This document shows positions 26,116 to 40,200 of a stretch of DNA of 64,000 bases, one piece after another. The DNA comes from Octopus vulgaris (taxonomy: Eukaryota): positions 18,290,001 through 18,354,000 of the forward strand of contig OX597834.1 of assembly GCA_951406725.2 (NCBI GenBank), given 5' to 3'. A model generated the notes under the pieces. The model was not told where the DNA came from. It saw only the letters and a program-made list of their open reading frames with translations, and did no database searches. How positions within the stretch are numbered: position 1 is the first letter of the stretch; each line of letters begins with the position of its first letter. The translations under genes and the position numbers were made by a program.

Positions 26116-27327
26116 CTGCTCTTATTACAGCCATCACCTCCTCTTCCTCCACAACTGTTCTACGCGTAGCAATTTGACATGGTTACCTGCGTAAACTGTT
26201 TACTAGCACATGTCTCTCTCTTTATATATGACTTAAGCCATACCCTAATACCAATCGACAACAGATTTAATACATAACCGTCCCTCGTAACTAGTGTCCC
26301 CTTACTAATTCGTAAAGTCATCAGGAATTTATAGAGGGTTCTTTTTTTTTCCGAATCCAATAACATGTGTCTAGTATTGGCATGTGCGTTTGAACACATG
26401 GTGGTAACGTGAGAAGGACAACCGCCTCTTTTCTGTTATTCTTTTCCAAATCGCCATTCTCTTTGTTTTCTTTTTCTCTTTTCATTGTGGTTTCGATTTT
26501 AATAAACGGCATCTTGACTTACTTTCAAAATTAATCAGTAGTTTAATTATTACTACATGTATTGTTTTGTCGTGATTATAAAAAGAGAAATAGCTTCTTT
26601 TTTTTTTTTAGTCATGTTCAGACTTTATTAAACAATTTCGAAGTCAATAAAAACTTAATTGAATATCTCGTTTAAAGAAATCGCCCAACAATTTTCTTTC
26701 GTAAATGCATTCGTTGAAAGAATTTTCTAAATCATAGTTTAATTGAAAGACAAATTACCCTGCTACGTATTAGAGGCACCTAATAGCAATGATAAACACG
26801 ACACTGTCATTCGACCTGTTAGAAATAACAGCAATTTTTTTGTTTTCAAATCTCACTTTACTGCTTTTTAAAAAGAACACAGTGGACAATGTAGTCATAG
26901 ATACACAAAAAGATGTGATGGCCATGGCTGGAACGCATTTTTACACAGAGCTGCTCGATCAGGAATGAACTATAGCCAAAGGACAACAATAAACACTAAC
27001 ATCCATGATAGATCAATGACACTGTTTATTTAATAGTCCTAGTTAAATATTATAACTAACAGTAACACTTTAATCAACACGGTGGTTGACATTACACTTC
27101 AGCTAGTTAAGAAGAGAAACAATGTTATGATATTAGCTGTCATTTAGTTTCATATTTCGTAGCATACAACATTTCCTTCGGAGAATTTTCCTCTATATAG
27201 CTTGCTTGATCCTTTTACTACTTGCGATCAATTCAGACAATTTCTGTTGCTTCAAAATGAATGCAAGCAAGCAGTTTCCTTTTCAAACTGTTGATACATT
27301 ATAAAACGAATTTCAATTAGATCGGAT

Positions 27328-27482
27328 GTATGTATGTATGTATGTATGTATGTATGTATGTATGTATGTATGTATGTATGTATGTATGTATGTATGTATG
27401 TATGTATGTATGTATGTGTGTATGTGCGCGTATGTATGTACACACACACACGCGCACACACATACACTCACACACACACACA

Positions 27483-27512
<30 letters not shown>
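27328..27512. repeat. (TATG)n plus (CA)n microsatellite
   Basis: Seen directly in the sequence. Confidence 0.95.
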
Positions 27513-27516
<4 letters not shown>

Positions 27517-28847
27517 CTTACATATATGAGCTCTGAGAATGAGTAATAGTGAGCCTTCTCCGTATCGCTTTCACGGTGTGATTTCGTTTCCCGATGAGAG
27601 AATTTTCATTACACAGATGTCATTATTTTGAAAGCAACATAAACACGAAGGCCGTGCTCCAGCATGGCCTTAGCCATGATGGTTAAAATAAAGAAAATCG
27701 CTGAAGTTAAACTCATTTTACACTATTAATCGTATAATTTCTGCGTATGTAAGGTATTCAATATAGTTTATAAAAACGTTTTAGTTTCATAATTCTCTTT
27801 CTAGTTTCTGATTTTGTAGTTGGAATTATTGATAAGTATATGTATGTGTGTGTGTGTGTGTGTGTATCTATCTATCTGTCTGTCTGTCTGTCTGTATATG
27901 TATATATGAAATATTATGCAGTTACTCGCGTGCGCGTACACTTGCGCACGCGAGCACGCACCACATACACTGGTGTTACGAAATATTGATTTCTATTGAC
28001 GAGACACCACACGACAAATAACCAGTGGAGGGAGTGTAATCAGTCATTTAAATCAACTATGTTATATTCAGGGTATTTATTTTATCGAATATGTAGTATG
28101 GAATTCAAAGTATTAGGAGGATTTGAATAGATAATGGGACAGAACTAAATGCTATAATGTGTTTGAGCCTTCAATTGTCAGAGTTCTCAACCACCACAAA
28201 ATCATAATTTTTGGAATACGGAGGCCTGAAATGTGGGAATGAATGTATATTCTAATAGAGTGACCTCAATACTCAACTGGTATCTACTTTTCTGACCTTC
28301 AGCAGAATTAAAGGCGAAGTCGACCTTAGATTGGATTTGAACTCAGAATTGCTGATTGATGATGATAATGATGATGATCATGATGTGAGGGAGAATATGC
28401 TTCTAGGCTGAAGTCCTTTCACTTCATGCTGTTTATGTTCTCATAACAGGAATGATTGTCATAATTTTTTGTGTTGCATTTGTATAAAATATCTAAGAAA
28501 TCAGTGATGGTAATGGTAGTGACTACAGCAAGAATGAATAATAATAACTATTAGAGTTCAGTTTTACCATTTTGTAATCTTATTTGTATTTCAGATCCAT
28601 TCATTAAATAAGCATCTTTCTTAAGCAATCACTATCATGACTACTACCATCACAACATCATCATCATCATCCTATTATCATCATTATTGTACTAAAGCAC
28701 CATCTTCATGTTTATACTTTTCTTAAAATAATTAACTATGAGTGTAATGAAAACTCTCACATCTCTCCCTCTCTCTCTCTTTCTGTCTTTCTCACACATA
28801 CATACACACATATATATAGACTCTTTCATACATGCACATATATTTAT

Positions 28848-29930
28848 CGCGGGCATGGCTGTGTGGTTAGGGAGCTTGCTTCCTAGCTACATGGTTTCGG
28901 GTTCAGTCCCACTGTGTGGCACTTTGGGTAGGTGTCTTCAACTATAGCCTCGAGCCGACCGGAGCTTTGTGATTGAATTCGGTAGGTGGAAGTTACTGCC
29001 GTGTGTGTATATGTGCGTATAGCTGCTCAGTGCCTCTCCGAAAGAGAGAGAGGGTATGTACGGATGTATATATGTATATGTGTATTTATGTGTAAAAGGC
29101 ATGTGACTTAGTGGTTAGGGAGTTGCACTCAGGATTGCAAGATCATGGTCTCAATCCCCAGACTTGCAGTGTGTTGTGTTCTTGAGCAGAACACTTCATT
29201 TCATGTTGCTCTAGTTCACTCAGCTGTAAATGAGTAACCCTGTGATGGAGTGGCTTTTCATTCAGGGGAATGTTGGTCTACCTGTCTAGCCAGTTGGATG
29301 GCATCATTTGAAAGCTACAACAATGTAAGGAAACTCATTGTGACCAGTGGTATATAACAGCATCTGATGGTCTGATCGACACAGTGATATTTGTATGTAT
29401 ATCTGACTGGGCCTGATGCAGCCTTCCGGCTTCACAGACTCCAGTTGAACCGTCCAACCCATGCTAGCATGGAAAACAGACGCTAAATGATGATGATGAT
29501 ATGCTAGTAAACCAAAACTCTGAAGTCACTGTCCCTCTCTTGTAACAGTTTAATAAACGTAGGCACAAGCATGGCTGTGTGGTAACAAGCTTGCTTCCCA
29601 ACCACATGGTTCCAGGTTCAGTCCCACTGTGTGGCACCTTGGGCAAGTGTCTTCTACTATAACCTCAGGTTGACCAAAGCATCGTGAGTGGACTTGATAG
29701 ACAGAAACTGAATGAAGCCTATTGTATATATATGTATATATCTTTGTCAGCATTTGTCCCCTATCACCACTTGACAACTGGTGTTGGTGTGTTTACATCT
29801 CCGTAGAGACTGATAGAATAAGTACTAGGCTTAAAAAATAAATCCAGGGGTTGATTTTTTTGACTAAAAATCCTTCAATATGGCACTGCAGCAGGGCCAA
29901 CAAGTAAAATAATAAAAGAATAAAAGAATG
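28848..29930 (+). mobile_element. SINE cluster: family A 5' half (28848-28995), another tRNA-headed SINE (29097-29390), an RTE-type tail (29405-29500) and family A (29560-29930)
   Basis: A/B-box heads; tail ccaacccatgctagcatggaaaacagacgctaaatgatgatg. The copies show CpG-to-TpG/CpA decay. Confidence 0.75.
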
Positions 29931-31486
29931 TACTCAACTAAAAAGTATTTCTTCAGTTTAATATTAATTTGTTTATATATAACTTGATATAAAAACAACC
30001 ATTAACACACACACACACACATAGACACACATACACACAGATGATAACACACTCCTCCCCCACCGTGTCGTCTCTATTCTACAAAAAAGCAAAATGGAAT
30101 AAATAAATAAACAAAATAAATAATATACATAAACACACACACACGTGTTAACTGAAACTGTTTCTTTGAGGATATACCAACAGTTTGTAAAGTAAGGAAA
30201 CTGCTTTCTTACATTCAGTTGTTTCTACTGTTTGTAAAATCTATGAATTTGAAAATTTCTTAATTTTTATATAACTGCTACCCTTTTGTGTTCTAGCTTA
30301 TTTTCAGCCACCAATCTCAGTGTTGTGAGGTCTCAAACTTGTGAGTTAAGGAGTCAGACATATCAAATTTAAATTGCTAAGTTAGAAGAATGATTGTTTA
30401 ATATCTGAGGTATAGAGTGACTAACACAAATAAGTCCTGCAACCTATTGAGTAGAAGGGTAACTACTTTAAAACCTTGACTTTAGGTAGTTTATCTACTG
30501 CAAGTTAGCATCTTAGGACTCATCCCACCAAAACAAGTGACCTTTATCGAAATATCTCAACTGAGCACTGTAAATTAAGATAATACTTGTCACTTTCTTT
30601 TATGATTTTATGGTGGAAGGAGCTTTTTTCCATGGCCCTTGTATATGCTCCAAGACCAGTGGGGTTGATGTTGATGATCAACCTCACTCACTGAAGCACA
30701 ACATGTACAGGGAGGAATTATGGAAGGCTGATATTTTGAGATGAGAGAATTGAGTGTAGTGGTTAGCATAGAGTATGGGAACAAAAGACCAGCCAGCTCT
30801 GGAGAGATAAAATTGATTGGTTAAAAATCTTGTTTCATAATCATGATTCCACTGTATGGCATTGTGGGCATGTGTTTTTTATTATAGCTGAGTCAGCTCA
30901 AGCCACGTGAGTGAAACTGAGGAAATGGAAGCTGTGTAGAAGTCCATTGGATGTATGTCCCTGTAATTCAAAGTGTCAGGTTTGTCACATCATATCACAC
31001 TAGTTCACCTGACAATTACCTTAAGAGTGCATATTAAGGGCAGTTCAGTCAATCAAACGACTGAATGCTCCTTGTCAAATCAATGGAGTAATTGTAAAAA
31101 AAAGCAAAGGAGAAGACAACATGCTTGTGAACTAGAAATTGAGTGTGTTAATGAGTGATTTACACCATAACAGGTGACCCTTTTGAATGCTATTTAAGAT
31201 GCTTACAGCTGTGATTTGTACCCCATTATTATTCACATGCTCTGGTAAGTAGACTAACACTACAAGAGTTAAGTACATGACCAAGGTCTAATGAAGTGAT
31301 ACAAACTGCACTCATTACTTGGCTATCAGTTGTCTTTGATACTATGAAATTCACATGTATCTATTACAATTGACCATTTACAATAGGAGTTAATTGCTAG
31401 AAATATACAATGTTCATTGAACTATGGAAATAAAAGTAGCTAGCAAGCATAAAATGACTATCAAGATTAAGTTTATTACACTCATT

Positions 31487-31605
31487 AGATAAGATTGCAG
31501 TGTGCAAGAGAGAAGACTGCCTTGGTTTGGTCATGTGATGCTCATGGATGAGGGCTGTTGCATAAAGAAGTGATGATCACTTGAAGTGGATGAAACTTGT
31601 GGGAT
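31487..31605 (+). mobile_element. RTE LINE ORF C-terminal relic
   Basis: Translates as CSVQERRLPWFGHVMLMDEGCCIKK, matching the RRLRWFGHV motif. Confidence 0.7.
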
Positions 31606-32078
31606 GATATCCATACGTATTTAATCTTGCTGTGAAATTAGGTTTACAAGGGCTTATTTACAACTTGGGATGATTATTGAACTGATCAGTTTCCTTGTCT
31701 TCTTAGCTCTTCATGCTGAGCATTTCTATGCAGTGAGATTGATCCCATTTGAAGGAGAAAGACTGAATAGTTCTTGGAACAGAAGTAGCTTTGGAATACA
31801 AAGACCTTAGATAGCTATGTTGGCTCCATCCTGGATGACTTGCCATAAAACCAGCAGTTTTGATATATCGTGCCAATATCACTACATTGTATCCTTAACA
31901 AGGATATTTGTAATTTAATGTACCCTGGTTAAACTAACTAATTTATAATGAATTTTCATAGGTAGACTGAAAAATCACAGCAGTCAAATAGACAAGCTGT
32001 CAATTTTATGGCTGCATCCTGTTGACCTTGAACCGCTGCATCTTGTTGACCTTGAAACAGCAACCAAATCTCCTTTAA

Positions 32079-32299
32079 CCCTTTTGTTACCAACCCAGCT
32101 GAAACCGGCTCTGGCTCTGTAGTACAAATGTCTTGTTTTCATAAGTTTTGAATTAAAATCTTCCACCAAACCTTAGTCACAATTTATGTTCCTAACACTA
32201 GCTTAATGATAACTAAGTTATTTTACTAAATTCTTTGTTATATCTAAAATAATTGAGAGAAACACTGAGAATCTCAAAATATATACAGTTAGGAAACGG
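32079..32299. mobile_element. piggyBac-type MITE inserted in a LINE-tail repeat
   Basis: TTAA|CCCTTT...AAACGG|TTAA; the host repeat resumes after the TSD. Confidence 0.75.
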
Positions 32300-32856
32300 T
32301 TAACTCACACTCTGCTGTCTTTAAAGTGTCACACTGTATGCTTGAAAATAAATGGGATTGTTACAGTTGGAATGCTTTTGATCATTCAACTTCTAGATTA
32401 GAGTTGACCTTGGGATGAACAACAACAGAGTGTTTCAAGTATATGCCAAGGGTAATATATTTTTAGGATAATTGTGTTAATATTTTTTCCTGTTCCTGGA
32501 TGTGAGGAGGGTTTGACTGAAGTCAAGAGTGCTTGACTTCAATCATTATTGCCATTAAATACACACTGTTATATTAATTTTGTACCTTAACATCATTTTG
32601 AAATATTGGTTTCTCACATAAGCAAAAGGCTTCACATTTAAGTGGGTGATCTAGCCGATTATATTGATCCCAGTACTTTGTGGATACTTATTTTATTGAT
32701 CACTCTCTCCTTGACCAGTGGATTAACAACAAGATATTATTATGTGTTAAAGTCATCCAGAATATCTACAAATTAGTAACTGACACTCCACTTCCCTTGA
32801 TCTTGTAAAATGATAATAAAATAAAGTGAATATAACAATGTATGTGTGTGCTTTAA

Positions 32857-33077
32857 CCCTTTAGTGTTCGCATTATTCTACCAAAATTAATGCTTTTTCA
32901 TCCACATTGCCTTGAACTAATCAGGCATTATCTTGTAGCTTTGCGATTTTGATGAGGTAGCTGTTAATTTTTAAAACGATATTGTAGGGTTGGTGTGAGA
33001 GACCAGATCTGGACAGTTTGAACATAAAACAGGCAGAATACTTTTGGCTGGATATGGCCGGTTTAAATGCTAAAGGG
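32857..33077. mobile_element. piggyBac-type MITE
   Basis: TTAA|CCCTTTAG...CTAAAGGG|TTAA. Confidence 0.85.
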
Positions 33078-33989
33078 TTAATGCATATAATGACTCTACC
33101 ATAATACATTTGTTTTAAAATAACTATTATTTGAATTTATCATAGCACCTGATAACATATGAGAACTCAGATAAAACTTTAAGCTTCTATGCACATAAAT
33201 ATATATTTCCATTCACAACTTAGGTGCTTTAACAGAATATTAAATTGACTCCAGTAGTTGACTGATATTTTCTATTAATGCCAGAATGTTGAAAAGCAAA
33301 GTAGACCTCAATAGATTTAGAACTATATCAGCGAAGAAGTATAAGTTCTGCTGTAAAGACTTAATTTGTTTTCTTAAACAAATTCATGGTGCATACCTAG
33401 TGTGTTGTATATGACCTATACTCTGAATTCAGAATATCACACTTGAACATCAGCAACATATGACACATTAATTGTTATTTATGTCACCTTAAGATTTAAA
33501 TCAGTTACAGTTGCAAAATGAATATAGATTGATGATTGTCCCCAAATGCTTAAAGTTTGTAATTTAAAGGCTGATATTAATCAGACTGTATTGTGTCAGT
33601 TTTCATTTGGTGGGTGGTGAAAGAGACAAAGACAAGGAAGTTAATTGCTAGAAATATACAATGTTCATTGAACTATGGAAATAAAAGTAGCTAGCAAGCA
33701 TAAAATGACTATCAAGATTAAGTTTATTACACTCATTCTGTTATCTACACTTATCATTAGTTACACTTTGTCTCTCTCTTGTCCTTCATGAAAAGGACTT
33801 ACTCAACCATGTGACCCACAAGGCAAAACTTTAGTATTAAATTTAGCCCCAAAACGTAAATATATCTTGCTGTAAGATATATATTGAAAATATTTGGCAC
33901 ATTGAACAGCTATACAAACAAAAGATGGAAATAAATTTACAAGTGCTGGAAAGGACTCACCATCATAGAAAATTTTGAAAATAGTCCTC

Positions 33990-34440
33990 TGTGGTATTAA
34001 TACATTGCTGTGTATGTTTGACCATGTTTAGTTATACCCAGCATAAAATAGGAACATGTGTGGTGACAACCATATTAGTGATATTGTCCTTCAGCTCCTG
34101 TATTATGTGTAGATTTTTTCTTACAGCATGCTCTTCAAGCATCCCCAGAGATAATAATTATGTTAAAAGTTCAGGAGAATGTGGTGGCCACAAATTTTTG
34201 CTAACTGTGTGTTCCTCAGAGAAGGTCACATGGACTTGCCGAATAGACATCAGAGAAATGTCGCAAGTTGCCTCATCCTGCTAGGAAGAAGTACACCTGC
34301 CTTTCATCTTCAATGAGTTGAGCACAAAATTGGTCCAAAATGTTCAAATTGATCTCTGTGTTGACAGCACTGTCAAAGAATATCAGTCCAATGATGCATG
34401 CTCTGAAACAGCACAGTGAACACTGATTTTTTTTTATTGT
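33990..34440 (-). pseudogene. Tc1-superfamily DDE transposase fragment
   Basis: IIGLIFFDSAVNTEINLNILDQFCAQL followed by VSKNLWPPHSPELLT*LLSLG, matching the WPPRSPDL motif. Confidence 0.75.
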
Positions 34441-34479
34441 GGAGTGGCTGCTCATACACAAGTTTTACTCATTCACTTA

Positions 34480-35727
34480 GTTTTACATGTTTACCCTTTT
34501 ATCGCCTTCCAAGTTTTCTCCATTTGAAGCAAGGCATTGATCCAGAAGAATTTTCCACTGTTCAAAGCAGTCCTCAAACTCTTGCAAAGTGATGGTTTTT
34601 AATGCCTACATCGTTTCTTTCTTCACCTCTTCCATATCTACAAAACGTTTTCCTTTAAGAACTTTTTGGAGGAACAGTAAAAAGTTGCAAGGAGCTAGAT
34701 TGGGTGAATAGGGGGGTTGGGTAAACAGGGTCATGCCATTTTTAGTCAAAAACTGTCTCACATTCAAGGTGGTGTGCGAAGGTGCATTGTCATGAGGAAA
34801 CCACCACTCTCCACTTTTACCATTGGTAAGGGCATTTTTGTCTCACCATGTCTTGCAAATATTTCGGAACTGCCCAGTAAAATATTTGGTTAACAGTTTG
34901 ACCAGGAGGAACAAATACTGTGTGGACAATTCCTTTTGGATTGATGAAACAAATCAGCATTGTCTTGACATTGGATCTCACTTGATACACATTTTGGGGG
35001 CATGATCACATGGAATACTTCCGTTGACTTGACTGTTGCTTTGTTTCCAGGTCGTAGCCATAGCTTTCATCGCCAGTGATGACCTTTCAAAAAGATTCGG
35101 ATCAACTTCCAACAGTTCTTTCAGTTCACAGCACACAATCAGTTGTGACTGCTTTTGATCTTTCATGAGCAAGCGAGGCACAAATTTTGCTGCAACTCTT
35201 TTCATTCACAATTCCTCACTCAAAATTCGTTGGGAGGAGCTCCAGGACACACCAGTCATATCAGCAAGTTTGTCAATCGTTCAGCAATGGTCCTCCATGA
35301 TCAGTTCATGAATTTTCGTCATTTTTTTGGGAGGTCAACAATTGTCCTGAATGAGGTTGGTTTGCAAGTGACAAGTGGCCATTCCAAAAGTATGAAAACT
35401 ACATGTAAACTTGTGTTTTGCTCATGGTAATGTCCTTGTAAGCTGTTTGAAGTATGAGAAGTGTTTTGGCTGCCATTTTCCCCAGTAGTAAACAGAATTT
35501 CACGGAAGCACACTGTCCCCCTGTTTCAGCCATTGCAGAAACCGACAAACAGGGGAGAAGTACTGCAAAACAAAGACGTACCACGTGGCAATATGACCTC
35601 ACCTGACACTGCCAGTCAGCAAACTGATGCCTGATGGTCACATCAAGTGGCTTCTAGTAGTGGAAGCCTGAACTACAATGGGTTTGTCCCACAAAACGTT
35701 TCTGGTAACTTTTGGGTACTCCACTCA
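34480..35727 (-). mobile_element. Decayed mariner element (third family)
   Basis: KRVAAKFVPRLL and EDCFEQWK..DQC..SNGENLEGD*; TIR-like ggtaacttttgggtactccactca followed by TA. Confidence 0.8.
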
Positions 35728-35749
35728 TATGCTATTGAACCAAGGCTTC

Positions 35750-36185
35750 CACACTGTAGTTAACTGAGCTCTTACAGCTGACATGGAGTGAAGAATAGAG
35801 ACATTTAGGCACAAGCACTTCAGAAGTCTGCAACACATTCTATATACAGAGCACAAAATGAACAGCTTTGTCAGGCAGCAAGACAACAAATACTGTGGCA
35901 GATAGGAACCACTCCTTGCACAGGTAAAGAGACAAAAGCTTGCCTGGTATGGTCGTGCATCCACCACAACTCCCTGTCCAAAGCCAGTTGAAAGAAGCTG
36001 AAAGAGAGGCAGACAGAAAATCCTGGCCTGAAAACCTCAAAGACTGGACTAGTCACAGCACTGCAACCCTGCTATGCATGACAGAGAACAGAGATCAGTG
36101 GTGATGGCTGACTGCAAAAGTGTCTAGAGTGGCACCCCAATGATTGACGACATCAGTTTAGGAGTCTTGATGATGCTGATGAATA
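35750..36185 (+). mobile_element. RTE LINE 3' fragment
   Basis: EHKMNSFVRQQ..EPLLAQVKRQKLAWYG.. and RGRQ..SWPENLKDWT, with a (GAT)n tail. Confidence 0.75.
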
Positions 36186-37019
36186 ATTAACATGATCATT
36201 TTATTTTGAAAAAAAAAAAAGGAAAGAATATAAAATAGAGTGATTTAATAGTGAATGATAATTTTGCTATAGACAATACATTGTTTAGAAAAAGCATAAC
36301 AGACTTCAATAGGTGAAATTCCAGGAAACTTGAAAAGGCCGTCTGTTTCAACAAAATTCATTACAATATAGAAAAACATTTAAGTATCTTAGGTTGCAAT
36401 GGAGAGACAAAGGGATCTATTCCAGACATTAGATATTTCTTATTTTTATGACAAATTAATGTGTGTTGTATTCATTTTAATGACTTCTTTATGGTGTCAG
36501 AATGATGATTTGATGTCAACACTATATTCAAAATGATGGCTTGTTCTCAGGACTTTGGTCAGAATGCTTACTTGATCCCAAGGCTGGTTACAGAACACTA
36601 TTTGTCAGTTTCTAGTCAGTTCTGTTCTCCATAGTTTCTGGATAGAGTGAGAGGAAGAGTTAGCCAAAATGCAGACAGCTTGTCTATTTGATCATTGTGA
36701 TTCTTCAAACTGCTCATAAAACTTACAAATAGATCAGTTAATCAGTTTGTTTTAGAAAAAGTAGTCATCTAACAGCTCATAATTACTTGCTATCTTTTCA
36801 GAAGTTCCACAAATGCAGCAATATCTGTAAATAATATTCATGAGTAAATGAATAGAACTGAGATACATTTTGTATTATAAGTTGCTGTATTTAAAGTATC
36901 ATGGAAAATTTGTGTCTTAGATTCTGAATAGACTACCTGCATTTATGTATTTGCAGCAATCATAGATTTTACATTATCAAGATAAATTTACAGAAGTTTT
37001 ATTTCTGCGCTATGTCATC

Positions 37020-38475
37020 ACTTATCCTATTAAACACAGTAACATCTCTCTCAAATCACATTCTATCATATTAAATTTAAGATATCAAGAAATAGAAAAA
37101 GTGGTCCTAGGTTCACTGTATCTATGTGATGATTATAGTTGAAATGCATTTGTTCATAGGTCTGATCCAGGCTGACCTAGACCTAAACAAAACCAACAGA
37201 AAGGACACTGAATAATGTAGACCAAGATAAACCATGACTGAAAAACAGCTGTTGGAATACAGCTTAGACCATAGGTCTACTTAATCAGGAATAACCTGGA
37301 CCAAACAAAACTTAATATCTTTTACACACCTTGAATCATAAGGCTATTGACTGCTCACTCTTTCAAGATTTAAGGTTATTCCTCTGTTCAACAAATTTCA
37401 AGGAAGAAAATATTGCTGCCTTGAGACACAAAGATATTCAGATACACATTTCCTAAACACACACACACATACATGCATGCACTTACGCACACACATGCAC
37501 ACACTTTATGGAATTAAACACTTGTTTTCCACTCACTACACACAATAATATTTACATGCTTCTATTCTTTACACAGGAAATTTGACCAATCCTTTAAAAA
37601 AGCAGTACAACTGCATTCACAGAAGGAGGATCTTCCTTTATTTATTTACTTATTAATTTATTTTTAAATACAAGTCCGTTATTTTGCCTGCACACCATGT
37701 GATCATACAGAAATGCTTCTTCCTTCCTGCCCTGAAAAAAACTTGTCTATTACTGCACATAAGTTCTATTAACTCACCAATGAGCCAACGAAAGAACTTC
37801 TATGTAGTCCTTCAACCTACCAGAAATAGCCGCCAAACTTTCTTCAAGTAACATGCCCTCATCTAAGTAAAGAGCATGTTGTATAATGAAATCCTAGCTC
37901 CATGCACATAGAAAAATGATGGGTGGTCGCAGTTAGAATGCTTTTGATCATAAGTCCGCTCAATCAGTGCTGACCTAAGGCAGCAACAACAACTTATCAA
38001 TGAGTCTGTAAGAGAGTTTCTCAGTTAGAAATAGCAACCAGGATCTTCACAGTATAGCCTATCATTCTAGAAATGAAAGGACACATTGGTAAATATAGTT
38101 TCAAGTGGTATATGGCAAATTTGTCTACAACAATTCATCTACAGCAATTTATCTATGGATACAATTCATCTACAACCTCATACAACCACACACACAACCA
38201 CACACATACACATACAAATACACACACACATACATACAACCACACATGCACGCACACACACACACACACAACCTCACACGGATAAATTGTAGGTGAATTG
38301 TTGTAGACGAATTGTTGTAGACGAATTGTTGTAGACAAATTCACTTAGAACTGTTTCAGGTAAATGAAATCTAAAAGATGAAAAAGGAAAAAAGGAAAAA
38401 TTGGTTACAGTTAGAGTTCCTTTGATGATACATCTGCTTGATGTGAGCTGCTCTGGTGATAAACAAGAATAACAA
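37020..38475 (+). repeat. Cluster of co-oriented LINE 3'-end repeats
   Basis: Copies near 37030-37195, 37200-37310, 37780-37992 and 38000-38475. Confidence 0.7.
38097..38352. mobile_element. Non-autonomous DNA element with inverted 15-bp subterminal repeats
   Basis: The left arm repeats tctacaacaattc and the right arm repeats gaattgttgtagac. Short TIRs agtttcaagtg and cacttagaact. It interrupts a LINE-tail copy. Confidence 0.7.
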
Positions 38476-39249
38476 AAGTAACTTTATGATGTTTGTCCTT
38501 TTTCTGCTTTTGAAAACCCAGACAGAAAGTATATTTTGTTGATTTGTTTCGTAAAACCAAGAGAAGTTAGTTCTAATAGATGAAGAATAAATCTGATTGG
38601 GATTTGGACCAAGATTATGGCGTTCAACGTAGACATAATAAAGTTTTAGGTCTGATTTGTTATTGTATATGACCGATAAGTGAACAAATTAATTAAAACA
38701 TGAATACTTGAATGAATGAATAGGAAAAATGACTCAGAGGATTTGAAGGGATGATGAAAGGCTTGAATGAAAGGAGAGTAACTTGGAAGGATAAAGTGTG
38801 ATGTGTGAAACCTAAAGTTGAGATTGAAAAATCAAACCAACCATTAAATGCTAAACATGTTCAATATAACTTCTGAGAGAAAAAATGTTACATAATGATT
38901 ATGAGTGGTTCCCTACCCGCTAAACATACATCATTTTAAAGTATTTACCAAACTAGTTATTAACAAGAAATCAATATCTAATCACATGATTCTTTAAGTT
39001 GCAAATGTTCAACTTAGGTCTGTGGCCTGAAGATAATATAATTTCTTCTTTGCTTTCCACATGTCTCAGATGCTCTTCTTCATTTGATTAAGAGAGAAAA
39101 CACTTAAAAAATGACATAGCTTTATTTTTACCTTATCTCATTTCCTTATTTATATATTTATTATGAATGTAATGTGTGTTGTTCCTTTCATTCTAACACT
39201 ATCTGGCAATGTAGTTAGAGTACCAGTTTTCTAACTAAAGAGTCAGTGG

Positions 39250-40200
39250 CTCATCTCAAACCATTGTGTTCATGTCTATAACTCTTAACTCTTCTATCTC
39301 TGTTCATCTTGATGTAAAATAGCTACCATGGCAAACTTTTGGTAGGACAACAGCACTGATTTGTTTTATCTTTGTCCCCAAATATAGCAGGTAGTACATT
39401 CATTAATTCTTCCTAATTCTTTCCAAATTACTTTGTAATTCAAAGAACATGAATGTAATCTTCAGAAGAATTAGGTTACAGAAAAATACTGAGCTTTTTT
39501 CACAAATAACCAATTCATTCAAAACTTGTTAGCCTATAATGACTATCACCTTCTCTATTAGTGGAAGCTAAATAATTGATGCGAATTGCATCATTGTTGG
39601 CATATAAATTAATGTGCTTCAGCAATAAGTCCCAAGACTCATATTTAGTTACCACTGAGGTGAGCCAACTTTGTAGTTTTCAGCTCTGAAACTCAAACTA
39701 TGTTCTGTCAATACTCTGATCATTCTAACAAATCTATGCAATATCTTTTCCTAACATGTTTGATTCATCAGTTTTCTTTTACATAGCTGAATCAACATGT
39801 CCATGAATACTAGATCACTAGGTGAAAGTACTTGCAGCATACACATGGCTTGTTGATTTTTCATGCTCATTTAACTGGTATAAATGATGGTCCCATCATT
39901 AATACTAAGACTAATCAGAGCAATTGTAAACAATTTACATACAATGTGAATTGTTTACATAAATGTAAGCAATTTACATCAAATGTAAATTGTTTATACA
40001 AATGCAAACAATTTACATTCAAAACAATAGATTCTTCCTGGCCTTTTTGAATAGCATAACCACTTTCTTTCAATAGTTCCTCTTTTAGCTAGCTTTCTCA
40101 AACATTACTGTGCATTGTCTATTGGCATTCATTGAATTCCCAAATTCATCACTTTCATTGAATTGTGTATTGCATTTCCCTGTATCACCAATACTTGTGC
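39250..40200 (-). pseudogene. Decayed hAT (ZMYM1-like, TTF zinc finger/DUF4371) transposase
   Basis: Manual translation gives TIERKWLCYSKRPGRIYCFECKLF, LNEHEKSTSH, KILHRFVRMIRVLTEHSLSFRAENYKVGSP, RINYLAST and VKKAQYFSV, with many stops and frameshifts. Confidence 0.8.

Noticed and set aside
38281-38340. Short periodic repeats as a CRISPR-like array
   Set aside because: Eukaryotic context, no spacers; these are subterminal repeats of a DNA element.
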